Below are positions 1 to 12,362 of a stretch of 40,012 bases of DNA, one piece after another. The position numbers were made by a program, and so were the translations under genes. The notes beneath the pieces were generated by a model. That model saw only the letters and a program-made list of their open reading frames with translations. It searched no databases and had not been told where the DNA came from. The stretch lies in NCBI GenBank assembly GCA_010015585.1, contig ML975150.1; one strand, 5' to 3'. Source of the DNA: Eremomyces bilateralis CBS 781.70 (lineage: Eukaryota). Each line of letters opens with the position of its first letter. The stretch's first letter is position 1.

Positions 1-3000
1 GCTGGGCTGAACAGCCTCAAAGTCTGAGTCTTGCCTGCAACGCTTGCGGCTTGTCACTTGTGGCTTTGTGAAAAGTAAGCAGTGAGTAGTGAGCACTGAA
101 CAGTACTATGTAAGCACATGCAATAATCTGCGCCCCAGTCGCCGTTGTACCTGACAAAGTGATGATCCCGATCGACAATATGCTCTGCTACCTACAGAGT
201 ACTCCATCCAAGCTTCAGTGATCAGCAACGGCATTATCCACATTAGATATTAAGTACAGTTGCTTATTTTCAATAGTACATAACAAGAAGAAAGTCTCCG
301 CTTGACTTTTCAATCGCCTCACTATCTCTGACGCTTCTGGCGCGATGCATTTGATGGCCCTGAGTCAGTGTAGTCCCGACATCGCGTTTCCCTGGTTTCG
401 GCGCTCTGCTAAAATCGCAATGATCAGCGTCAGAGCCATGGCCTTGGATACAGGAACAAGATGGATGTTTCATACTACGATAAATTGGTACTGTAGCAGT
501 CTCACACACGAAAGGTCAAAGGATGCTAGATGGAGCAAAACTCCTGACTCAGTCCGGGACTTCGGAATCGACAGCCATGGTTCCGTAAGCCAGAGTATCG
601 GGAATGTACCTTATCATCCCACCCACTTTTACTTCATCACATCGCATACCCGGAATATTGCCAAGTTTAGAGCTTAGAGAATAAGAAAACGATGCACCAT
701 ACTACATATTAACGTTCGTGGTGTGACAATCTCTGATTACCACCGTCTGCGGAGAGATAACTGCACCACTGTTGCTGTGGCCCGCTAGAGTCACGCAATG
801 GCACCTGTACAACTTTGAAACCACTGCTATCAAATGTCAACCCACTAATATCAGACTGATAAACGAGACCCGTCGGAACGAATTCGCAGATTCCGAACTC
901 TCGCCTGTTCGAATTGCACACTTATGAAGATTCAAGGGCACTCCACTGTCACGCTGAATGGTTTCGGTCCCATCAACGGCGGGAGGAACCTCAAGCCCAT
1001 GGCACTGTTTACTGAATATGGCTATGATTGTCCTCGCTTAGCACCAATGAATAGGCCATGTGTTGTCGGGAACTTTCGTCGTATTCGTACCCAGTGAGCT
1101 GAGTGAGGCCTTTTTTAACCTTGCAGGTACCTGCAGGAACCACTTCGACGGGCTCAAGATGGATCTTTTCCCTGACGAATCCCTTCTGAATCGTGATCCG
1201 GATCTCCAGAGTTCAGACAGTTCTTGCCGGACTGCCGGTCCGCTATATCAAGTTCATGACGCTATTGTACGCGCTGGAGGAGGATGATCATCGTTAGGGG
1301 GGATACTGACTGCCACCCGGTTCAACCTTCCTTCAAAGTCGGATTCGGAGCCTTTCCATTAGCCCTGGAAGGTCGAATTCAGACAGCTCCGCCTTGCCAG
1401 GAGTTGAATAACGTCGCATTAGCTCCGGCCAGTTCTCGGAACTTCTAGTTATACCTACAATCAGACACGATCACCGACGGCAGTACTTTTCGTCCAGGCG
1501 ATAGGATTCAATCACGCCACCAGCTCACCCTCGGGGAGTGACGAGGAAAATTCATTCCGTCTCCAGGCTGCTTCCCGAGTCCCGACACGATAATGATCTG
1601 GATCTTCGGATCGTCAAGGGGCGATAATGCGATGCGCCTTGGGGTTGAGGCGCAGGGGAGTGATCGAAAATCGTGCCATTCGCCAGGGCGTCGGTAATTA
1701 CTAAATCAAGAGATGGTGGAAATGGGACGACGTCACAACGATAACGCGACCTGGATTCAGAATGAAGGAAGTAGACCTTGTTGTTGTATTAGTATTGCCT
1801 TGAGTAATGATAGTGGCCGAAGGAGTGCTTGTTGAGCAAAGTATTCCGTCAACAGCAATTCAATATTACCTCAATCCTCCAAGAGCGGGATAATCAGGCT
1901 AGAGGACCAATTGAAATCGCCCAACTGTGAATATGTTCTATTATTGCATATCGCGAATTCGCGATATCAGGTTTGGTACCATAGTAATTCCTATCGACCC
2001 CCACAAGAGTACAGGAGCATCGTGCATGATTGCATCTTCCCCCATTCCCCAACACTGAGGCTCGTTTCGAAACCAACTCGATCGATGTGGGACCGCGAAA
2101 CTGGAAAAGCCGCCAGTATGGTTATCTGGTATCGTCCAAGTCCCAGATCAGATAATTACCCATAGCTCTCCACCGTCGATAGCCATATTAGCTTCACTGT
2201 GGGATTCCACTGCAAAGCATTCAACACTTCGGGAGTTCGGAGACTTCTGGCTTTCTCGATTCCCTCCGAACTCAGCACTGAGCACACCCCACTCCCCCAC
2301 CCGATTGCAACCCCAACGGCGCGTCGCGGCTGTTGGCCCGCCTAGTGAGAATCCACACCGTTGAGGAAGCCATACCGTCAACCGCTCCCCCCAGACTAGG
2401 ACCGAATTTGTCCAAGCCACAAATCACAATGACACAACAGAATTGAAGCACACACGACACAGCACGTTCAACACCTCAACAAAGACGAAATACGAATTGC
2501 CATTTTCCACACTGGAAGTGTGGAACCGACGCGTTCATCGTTGGCGGCAAGTGGCAACACCGGGATGCGCCGGGCGACGCGCGAAGGGAAGACCAGTCAG
2601 TGGTGGCCTAGCGTGTAGCTACGAACCCCACAGGTTTAGAACACAACCACGTGAAGAACTGAACAGCGGAGAAATCAGGTATTCAGGTTGATATTCACGT
2701 GCTTGGGATCTTCCCTTCAGAGCAGTGAACATAGTGAGAGGGAGGAGGTGGCGATCAGGCAGAGTGTTGAGATTGTGTAATGTGTGCCGCGTTTCAGGAA
2801 TAGTCGCGTCCACAATCGACATTTCGACATTTTCCCCAATTGACCAATTGACACCAGAGAACGAAAAACTCCTTGGCAACAAAGATATCAGCATAAGTCA
2901 ACTGGGCCAACACCAGGAACGGAGCCCTCCATCCCGAAAACCGCATCCTCGCGCCCGCCATCATTGGCCACATTTCGACGCAAATCGATACGGAAATGCC

Positions 3001-6000
3001 ACCGTGAACGGCCCCTCTGACAGCTGACTGGACGGTGATGCGCACAAAAAGCGAAAAAGCGAAAAGGCAGGGAACGTCAAAGCCCTAACGTAGCTGCATT
3101 TCTCGACGATTCTTTTCTTGGGCCGCGCGGTTCATGCGGTCGTCGAGACGCTGCGGCATTGGGAAGTGATCATAGGGGACGGGTTTGCAGTGAATCGATG
3201 CAGGCTGGATCCGAACGATTGGGAGCTGCTGGGTAACAGGAGTAGCTAAAGCAACGTTGCAGACATGGGAGTTTCGAAGATATGCGCCTTGTTCCGGCTG
3301 GCAGGAGTTTGCTGAAGACTTACGAGGTCATACCTGTAATTCCCATCCGGCATGTCCTTGCTGGATAGTGGGCTCAATGCTTTTCAGTTTTCACAGTTAC
3401 GTATTCTGCTGAGGATGATGTGAACGGAGACATGATGGTTCGATGGCATAAAGCACATGTAATCCTTCGCTTCTGACTGAGGGACGCGACATTCCGTATG
3501 CTCTGTTTCGTTGGTTTGAATATGGAGTGCAGTCTGCAGGTTCCCATCCTGGAGTTCTCGTCAACATCGAGGGATGACACCTCGGAACCACGGCGGCGGT
3601 CTCTGCGACATCTATTCACGACAAGACTTTCTTTGATGATCGATGTAGGACGAAGGAGACGGTGTGCGGAGGTTGAAGTCTGTCTCCGTGTTCGACTACC
3701 AAAGTAGACCTAGGATTCATTGTCTTTCGGTCTGGTACGGACTTCGCAGGTTCCCTAGATAGTGGGGTATCGCATCCGCCCTTCAACCGCCCTTCCACAC
3801 GGTCACGAGGAATTCGCACCACCTGCCACAGCAGCCAAACCCACGACATTATATCATTGCTGTGAAAGGCACCAATGTATGTAATTAGTCAGCCCAGGTA
3901 GTTCCCCACATGGGCGTCGCCGAGAGGCCTGGCGGGGCGTATGAATCTCCCTCTCATTGCCGTGAAAGGCTTGCTTAAGAATGAAGACTGAGGACCGTTC
4001 GTAATTAACATAAATTGAACAGACCCGCAAATAGACCGTTAATATCATTTGCCACGTGGAATCTCGGCTCTTCATTTATTCGGTGTTGCAAAGTCTGGCA
4101 CCGAGGCTTCCCAGAATCTAATTTTAACCAACCTGGGGCGACGACACGCTTCTCCAGACCTCAAACCGGCCAACGGTCCAAGAATCCGAGCAGCGAGAAT
4201 GAGCGGCCAGGTCGACAAAGTTCGCCCGCAAACATGTCCCAGATTCGATGCTGCTGACTGTGCTGACTGCTGAGTCCTTGACGAATGCCTGCGCAATGAT
4301 GCTGGAAGACAAGGACACCCCGCCAGGCACCACCTGTGGGCTGCGACCCTGGGGAGATTTTCAGGGGCGCCGATGCCGCAGAATCAACGCCTGCGATGCG
4401 GCGTGTCAATGCCACCGCGTCTCAGTGAAATGGACGTTCTGAATCCGGATTCGGATCGGAGGCATCTCCTCACTGTCTCATGAACGATGCATGATACATA
4501 TTTGGTTTGCGAGCATACGGGATATATTGCGGCGTTATGGGCTGAGCTGGCCAACCGGCACGTACCTACTGCTCCGAGTGGTGACTTGCGAGTTGTGACG
4601 TCTGGGAGGCTGGGACGGGAGCACGTCGAGCGTTGGACCTTGGAATAATGGACGTACATGTGAGTCCCTTGCAAACGCATGGATCGGCCTGGTAAGTCAG
4701 GTTGAGGAACACACGCGTTTGTTGGGGTCGAACCAGTCGAATACCACCAATGAGCCGAGAAATGGTTCGACGAACGGGAGTGAGGTCTCAGTGAACTGCT
4801 GCGAGTTGCAAGGAACCGAAAAAGCTCCTTGATTGAAAGTTCTCCGTGAATTGGTAGTTTGGTACGTACGGAACTGTTGTCACTTGTCAAACAGATGTTA
4901 TCAGTTCGTGCGACCTGTCGGCTGTCAGTTATTGTCGATCGATCGAACTGCAGTAAAGTAGGTAAGTTGTCTGAAATCGTAGGATCTGCAAAGCTATAAT
5001 AACGTATTGAGGCGGCTTTGGGGCTACTTCGTAGTTGGTACACTTACAAACGCCAGTGGGATCATGAGGCTGTTTGACTTCCGAATTGAAGACGATCGCC
5101 ATCAATTTGCCTTCGCTTCTTTTCGGCGGAGCTCATCGGAAATTCGGGAGATCTGGTCAGTGGAGCGAGTCCCTGATCACCATTCTCACTTTTCAGGCCT
5201 CCGTTCTCAAAATCGGAAATCCTACAGTGTTCCCAACGATCCTTCTGAGTTCAGTCACCCTGCATGTATCTCCGCAGCAGCAAGCCACTAGCATGGGTTC
5301 ATGTCCAGAGGCGCACACTAGTCGTGACACCTACCGCGTCCCCGGGATTCGGGGAAGTGGACGGCTGCGAACCGGGCTCAGGCGCCGTTGTTTGCCCAGC
5401 GCCATACAGCCCATGCGGAACGTCCTAAGCAGGGGAAGAAGCTAACGTCGTCCAGGGTTCCTACGCCTCGGCGCAGCGGGTAGGGGAGCGATGAGGCACT
5501 GAGGCGTGAGGGAATTCGGGAGAGTCGAGTCGACGATGCAGAAAGGAGCAGGGGTACTGAATCGAACAATGGAGTCGGTTGGGACGGTCGCAGATTGGGT
5601 CGCGACGGTTCGATTTGGTCGATAATCCAAGCTCCTGGGAAAAGATAGCGTACCGAAGATTTCTTTTAGTCGTTTGAAATCCTCGGTACTACGATTATAC
5701 CCGTTGGTCGTTGTCCATTGACCGTTGTTGAACAGAGGTCAATTCCCAGGTTCCCGGTGGTTTGGAGGACGTTGCGTTTGGTGTTGATTAAGGGGTTGCA
5801 TAACTTGGGCATCCAAAATCTCTTCGTGGCCACGGTACATTGAAATAGAGAGGAGAGAGGCGATTTCCTCGGCGATGGGTTCCAGTTTGCTGTGTGTCCC
5901 TTGAAGAATCATGGATCATTGGATCTGCTGCGCATGGTCACCCCATATCAACAATATTGTGAACCTTCCGTTCTGGAGACGGAGGGAGAGAGTCGGGACT

Positions 6001-8224
6001 TTCTGGCCGTTTCGTCGGGACGGATCTCCGCGCGCTGCTGGCCTGTTGCCCAGAGATCGAACATGAGTGGTGGAATACAAGTTGTTCTTCTTCCTTTTTC
6101 GTTCCCGCCCGCGGGCTCGGGTCGTTGGCTTCCTTCCCCCCCAGCCATCACCACCCCCTCTTCTTTCTCCCACTCTCTGCTTGTCTGAATCGTATCCGCA
6201 ACGCTTGGACGGAAGAAGAATAGAGATGAGGAGGGTACGGTCTCCTGTTGGCCGCCTGGCAGCGTGGGAAAGACTAGCATGAATCATTGCTTTTAGGAAC
6301 CTTCTGGCCGGTGTCGTTAGAATTTAGGGTGCTGATAAGGTCTTACCGATTTACGACTTACGACTTATGAATTACAAGGTCGAGGAGTGAGGATGAATCA
6401 TGGCTGTCGATCTGAACTGAATTGTCGATAACGTTCAGGTAGCGTATCAGTGTAATGGGTTGGAAGAGAGAAGATCACTCTGCTGATGTGAATTGCAATA
6501 TGATGGTGCCTGGGGAGTAGTGGGAGGCACGGTGGAAGGCAAGGTAGGACAATAGGAGCCATACGCAGTCTAGGTAGTACAATTATCGATTCACTCAGCA
6601 GAACGGGCGAGAAGCTTCCTGTCACTGCATTTGTATACCTACGATTCGAAAGATGATCTACTCAGCAGCCGTGATAAATTTCCTTCATTCCATAAGCAGC
6701 GGGGACTGTGATCGGTCCGTTTATTGGACACTGGATTGGCTGAACTCGTTGGGACATGGGAGAGTTAGAAGTGACAACTCGAAGGGAGACTGGGGAGGGG
6801 GAGAGAGAATGGTGAATCGGAGCAGAGTATGCACACTGCAGAGTCAGGGAACCGGGGAGAAGGAACACCCTTGGCCCCTGCTGCGACCCGAGGGTACCCC
6901 CTGCCAGATGGAGGTGAATGTGGCAGGGGGAAGAGTATTGGGCTTGTAGCTTCCCTGTCTGTTGACTGTTGCTCGTAACTTGTAAGTAACTCCACCAGAT
7001 CACAAGTGAAAGTTAGGGAAGAACAGAAGGAAAGGTTCGGTCCCGCTTTCCATCTTCCCCTGTCCGCCTCCACCCCCTCCACTAGGTCCACCACGCTAAG
7101 CCGTTTCGAGTCAGCATCCATCGCTCCGGATACTTTGCTGAAGCTCAACGCCTCACATTCAGGCCCCTCGCCGTTTGGATTTCCTCTGGGCTCTGCTTTT
7201 CCACCTTGATACCTGGCCCCAGCCTGTAAGAGAATTTTGAGACCAAGTGGGACCCTCGGAGAGCTGGGATGTCCACAGTCGTGCAGTCCATGTCCATGTC
7301 TGAATTGAGAATTCTGATCGCTGAGGTCGTGAGCACCCTGAGTCCCTGACACTGCAAGCACGCAGCAGAGGGGAAGAATCCTGTGCCACCAAGTCCACCA
7401 GTCCACAACTCCTTCACATCAGATAATAGGCCTTATCAGTCCTTGTCTCGCCTGACTCCTCCTCATCCATCCTCTTCTCATTCTTTTCAATTATCGTCCA
7501 ATTCTACTGCAATTGGTTCCCTTCCTTCCGATCCAAGCCCAGTGCTGCCGTTCATTTCGACGTCCTCTGCATCCGACTTCCCAATTCGGGAGTCCGTTTG
7601 CTATTTCACCCACCACTCCCGACCCGTCCAGCCTCACCACACGTCTCCCGCCCGTTTGCAACACAACACTCTCCGTTGTTTACCTTCACAACGCGACAGT
7701 TCGCCGTCTCTCATTCCATCAGCTTTCCGGTTTACATAAATCAACACGCTCCTCGGGTCGATCCAGTTAACTCGCGGACTTCCACACATCGTTCGCTTGA
7801 TTGTCAAGAGCTGGGACCACTCGATTGCCACCGGCCTCAATATCCCTTTACTCGACCACTATAACAAGCGCAGATCCCTGCATTGTTTCCTAGCATCTCT
7901 CCTACGAGACGCGACCGTTGGAATTTCGACACCGAGGGATGATCGAAACCCCTCCAATCGCCTCCTAGGATCGTTCCAAGCTTTTTCCCCAGCTTCCGCC
8001 GACTCCAGATCACGAGCGGCGAGTGCTCGAAGCGCAGACAAGGACAACCTGGTCTTGCATATATTGAATCGCCGTCATCAGGCGATCTCACGCCTGGCCC
8101 TCGCGTCTTTATAATCTAGTATCTGCATGTTGACTGCCTTGACATTTGTGTGTCGTTGGCTGTAACTGCTCTTACGGAAGGACACAACGAACGCATTGAT
8201 TCTGAATCGCATCCTCACCACACC

Positions 8225-9954
8225 ATGGACTCAACTCCGCATTCGCGAAATCCTTCGTCGGGATCGAGCTCCAGCACAGGCTCATCCTCACCCTACCAGC
8301 TTATCCTCGACCACATCCTCTCCCCTCCCAATACCAACGAGATGCCCCTCCGGACCATGTATACTATCAACAGCACTCCACGAGCTCAAGCACTCCCCCC
8401 AACTCGAACAACCACTCCGACCTTCGATTTGAGCTGCTCGCCTGCTTCTCCCGTTGATACACAGGCAGTGACCGCCCAGTTCACGGCGTCGCTCATGGTG
8501 CAACTCCAGAAGATTCCTCAGCAACAGGCATGCCTCCCACCGACATTCATCACGTCTTTCCTCCATAAAGTCTTCACCCCGGAGATCCACCTCATCGACT
8601 TCTGCCAGGCATTGACTGGACTGGACTACCTGAAGGACTTGGAGATGCGCAGGCGAAAGGAGGTTGCCGGGGCATTGGAGCGCCTTGGAATCACCCGACG
8701 GACCTTGAGTCAAACATCCGAGGAAATTGGCGCTCGATTCCCAGGCGTAGCGGAGTGGATTCGTGACCTAGAGGTGAAGGAATGCAAGATCGATCAGCTC
8801 TACTCTCGTCTCTACGTCAGCCTTCGTCAATGGGTAAGACTTCCTATGCAATCAATCCGCCATCATTCTCTAACACCATCCAGATCTTGATCAATGAGAT
8901 GTCTCTCACCCCGTTTAACCTCCACAACTGCCATGCCATGCTCAACACTCTTTATCCACCTGTGGTCAATACTACACCCAGCACCTCGACGAAACTCACT
9001 CCAGAAATCCTCATCAAGCAACGCGAAGGCTTTTTCCGGTACATCAAGGCAGTTGATAGGAAGGGTCCTAAGGTCCTCGCGACCTTGATTATGCAGAATG
9101 CCTCGGAGAGCGAGTCATCGGGGTGGCCTTCAACGCGCCGCATTCTGGAATCCTACCTCTCACTCGCCAACGACGCCATCCACGAGTGTCAAGAATCGTC
9201 ACCTGCTGAGGCGGCTTACCTGCAATCATCCGCAACCTCCGAACCAGTCAGGTCACCGAGCAGTCCGACGTTCGACATGAACACATCGTCACTTGACACC
9301 GCCTCAATAGGCGAAGGACGAACCAGCCGTCACGGCCGCAAGGTGGACTCTGGTGTCAGCATGCACAGCGCACACTCTTCCTCATCACAGTCCGCTCAAT
9401 CGCATTCCTCATCACAAACCCATTCTAGACGACCTAGCACTGCCTTTAGCCTGCGTGCCTCTGGTAGCTTTGGCAGCATCAACCGTACCGACCCGCTACC
9501 ACCTCCAACGCCCAGCGTCAAAGAAGACTACGCACCATCAGAATATGCACAGTCTTCCCGATCTCGCGGCTCAACCCTCGAACGCCTCGCTCGAGAATTC
9601 CGCCGCATGCGCCCCCGTCGACGGGACACGGACGAAATTTTCGAAACCTACGTCTCCTCCACCCCATCTCCCTCCACCACTTCTCCAAGCCACACGCCCT
9701 TGCCCACCCCGGTGTCGGCATTCGAGCAGAGCCAACCCCCTCCCTCCATCCGATATTTCCGTCCCAAGTCCCTGCGAAAGATGCGCAGCCTCACCGCCCT
9801 CTCCGACCTCCGCCACTCCAACTTCAGCAGCGCGACTCTCGCAAGGGACGTTCGCGCCACTGAGGCGTTCGACCCCGAGGTGATGGCCAAGAAGGCGAAG
9901 GAATGGGAGCGCAAGCAAATGGCCCTCCCACCTCCACCTGCCTTTGGCATTTGA
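8225..9954 (+). CDS. Conserved fungal hypothetical protein with Ser/Pro-rich C-terminal half; exons 8225-8833, 8884-9954
   Basis: ORFs 8150..8890 and 8782..9954 join in frame across a 50-nt intron (GTAAGA at 8834, CTAAC branch, CAG at 8883), giving ...SLRQW|ILINEMSL.... The first ATG is at 8225 in CACC-ATG-G context. The blocks EMPLRTMYTIN and DFCQALTGLDYLKDLEMRRRKE resemble an uncharacterised Pezizomycotina family (from memory). Confidence 0.85.
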
Positions 9955-11211
9955 ACGTCCTGTATACCTAACTCTGTACCCTCTTTCCCGATCTCACATC
10001 ATTGGGATCACACTCTTTTGCTACATAAGATTATGCATGACTCTCGCGAGTCCGGTTCGGATACCGTCGTCCAAAAAGTGGATTTTCATTTTCGTTTGTA
10101 AACAAAGAAAAACACTAGGAGGACGGGGTGGCGATTGGTTGCCTAGGATTCGTCCACAGTATTGTATGATTGGAATCGTCATTTCCGAACGCCCTTTGGA
10201 AGATGACGAGGGGAGGAAACAACAGACAGTGAAAGCAGTTTAGGAGGCTGCTTGGCTCTGTGCAACGATCACTGGATGTTCTTGATCGCAGGAGCATCAC
10301 TACCAGTTTGCACGATGGATGCACGTAGCTAGGTAGATTGAATGAAAAAATAATCAAAACAACTATCGCTCTTCTGCCTTGTATTGTATGTGAACCATAT
10401 TTCGCGTAAACGTCCAGGTAATTTGTCGGCCACCTATTCAACATTCCTCTGACCGCGATACTTTTCTCTGCATTCTCCTTCCCTTTTCTCCCACTATACC
10501 CTCCAACCTCACCACCATCTTTTCCGCCCCTCCCTCCATCTCCGCGATCTCACCCCTCCCTCGCTACTTAAGCGAGACGAGGGGGATCGCCGCAGCCCCG
10601 ATGACACTTCTTCGTCTGCTGATGCCTGATATGCAAGGGCACGTCAACGTCCCTGATCGAGTGATCGGGACATAGCTGCACATTCCTCGACCAGATGGAG
10701 AAGGGGTTTAAGGATGGAATGGATCGTCGATGGAAGGGGTATCGTATTCGCGAGAGGAGGGGTGTTGGTGATGATGGCGGTTGAGAAGGGGTATCTTGAG
10801 TTTGGGCGGTGTGGTAGCGATATGTTGGTGCACAATGGCTTCTCCGTGGAATCCTTCATGGGGAGGACGGTAATGTTACTAGAGGTTGGTTGAGGATAGT
10901 GTAGGGTTCTCTATTCTAAGATGGCAGATACTACACCATGTTCACCACCGAACCTTCAGCCTCGGTGCGATGTTGGATAATCATCAGGATGTCCTGATGC
11001 AGTCTCTCGCAGTACGGACTTGTCATCGCAAGCCTTGATCGTGTGCTTTTCTTTTCGAAAACCACAATGCCAACCCTCAGCCAGCAATATCTCAAGATGA
11101 TCTTCCTCCGAAACCCAAAAAACTCCGATGCTATGCCAATCCATCAATCATCCATGAGAACGCCTGCATATGCGGAGCAGCCAACGAGCCGCCTTCCAAG
11201 TTGTTGATCCG

Positions 11212-12096
11212 TCAATACCCCTCCATATCATCCAGAGGCTCCTCTACCGGCTCCTTCGGTTCCTGTGCTTCATGGTACTGTATCGACTCGTCGATATAGC
11301 TGAGCACCGCCCCCACACTCTCCTCGTCCTGCGCGTCCAACTGCAGGAACGACACCATACTGAAATCATCAATTAACCGCCCCACCGCCTTATTCAACTT
11401 ATGATACGATGCCCCGCTCATCACGTTCGTCGTCTCCGTGGGATCCAACCCTGCCGCCTTCGCCTCCTCCGGCAGCGCACGATCCGGATCATCGTCCAGC
11501 AACCCGACGTCGGGATCCAGGAACCGCTTCAACTCCCGCCGCGGCACCTTCCCCTTGATCAGATCCATCTTCGTCAGGATGTTCAAATGCGGCATCTCCA
11601 GCATCATCATGGCGCTCATGGCGCTCAGCGTGCCGGCGAAGAACTTGGGGCGGTCCACCACGAACGTCGCTTCGAGGAGGTAGGTCGCGCACATCCGGAT
11701 GTTCAGCGACCCGTGCATCAACTGTTTCACCAGGGCTGGGAGGATCGGCACGTGGGTGTACAGCTCGATCTGGCCCGGCATGTCGAAGATGATCAGGTAC
11801 TCGTCGGTGACAGGGTCGAGTGGGTCGGTGAGGAAGTCCATGTTCTCGAGGAGATGCTCGAAGCAGTAGATCAGCCCGCCGTTGGGCCCTAGGGACAGCT
11901 CCTCCATCACGTCCTCGAGGCTGATCAGGTCTTTGATGTCGATGTCTGGCTCGTAGGCGAAGTCGTCGGCTGCCGGGTCGAGGTTCACGTAGTAGCAGGA
12001 GCGGCGGACGGTGCGGAGGTGTTGGATGAGGGCGGTGCAGAAGGTGGTTTTGCCGGCGCCGGCGGGGCCGGTGACGATGACGCCGAATTTGCTCAT
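11212..12096 (-). CDS. GPN3: GPN-loop GTPase 3 (RNA polymerase assembly/import factor), intronless
   Basis: P-loop GPAGAGKTT, VNLDPAA, GPN loop LGPNGGL, DMPGQIELYTH. The N-terminus MSKFGVIVTG and C-terminal IQYHEAQEPKEP fit Gpn3 better than Gpn1 or Gpn2. Confidence 0.93.
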   Translation of the reverse strand: MSKFGVIVTGPAGAGKTTFCTALIQHLRTVRRSCYYVNLDPAADDFAYEPDIDIKDLISLEDVMEELSLGPNGGLIYCFEHLLENMDFLTDPLDPVTDEYLIIFDMPGQIELYTHVPILPALVKQLMHGSLNIRMCATYLLEATFVVDRPKFFAGTLSAMSAMMMLEMPHLNILTKMDLIKGKVPRRELKRFLDPDVGLLDDDPDRALPEEAKAAGLDPTETTNVMSGASYHKLNKAVGRLIDDFSMVSFLQLDAQDEESVGAVLSYIDESIQYHEAQEPKEPVEEPLDDMEGY

Positions 12097-12362
12097 GGTG
12101 GTGGTATGGAGGGGATAGAATGGGATTCGAGGATGGTTGGGGAGATGTTTGGGGGGAGATGGGACTACATGGTGGAATATGTCATTTGAAATCTTTAGCG
12201 GAGCTGATGCAAGTTCGGGTTCAGGGTCTGGCGCTCTGCAGGTGGGAGGTTCGGTTTGACGAATCAGAACGATGAAAATTCAACTTCATGATCTCCAACG
12301 ATCAACAGTCCTCGACGGTTGACGACCTCATGTCTTTGTTTCAAGCAATTGCACCGTTCAAA

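Noticed and set aside
3046..3068. Short tandem repeat (AAAAAGCG)x2-3; similar TGCTGAC repeats near 4250-4275
   Set aside because: Ordinary microsatellite-like slippage with no spacer structure; not CRISPR-like.
4384..5043. 219-aa minus-strand ORF
   Set aside because: Non-ATG start, S/R-rich random-looking composition, no motif and no coding-like codon bias.
6765..7406. 213-aa minus-strand ORF with a signal-peptide-like start
   Set aside because: GTG start and no recognisable domain. It lies antisense to the probable promoter or leader of the 8225 gene.
1..8224. Telomerase RNA, snRNA, RNase P/MRP or tRNA in the long intergenic tract
   Set aside because: By eye I found no TAACCCTAA template, U2/U6 signature or tRNA A/B-box cloverleaf. 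A covariance-model search was not possible, so this is not fully excluded.
10598..10660. C/D snoRNA-like arrangement CGATGA...CTGA with GCACGTCA
   Set aside because: Degenerate C box, and only about 8 nt of recalled rRNA complementarity that is not positioned next to the D box.
11401..11892. Antisense and alternative-frame ORFs over GPN3 (likewise over PRP2, the reductase, EMC1 and others)
   Set aside because: Shadow ORFs expected from GC-rich third codon positions.
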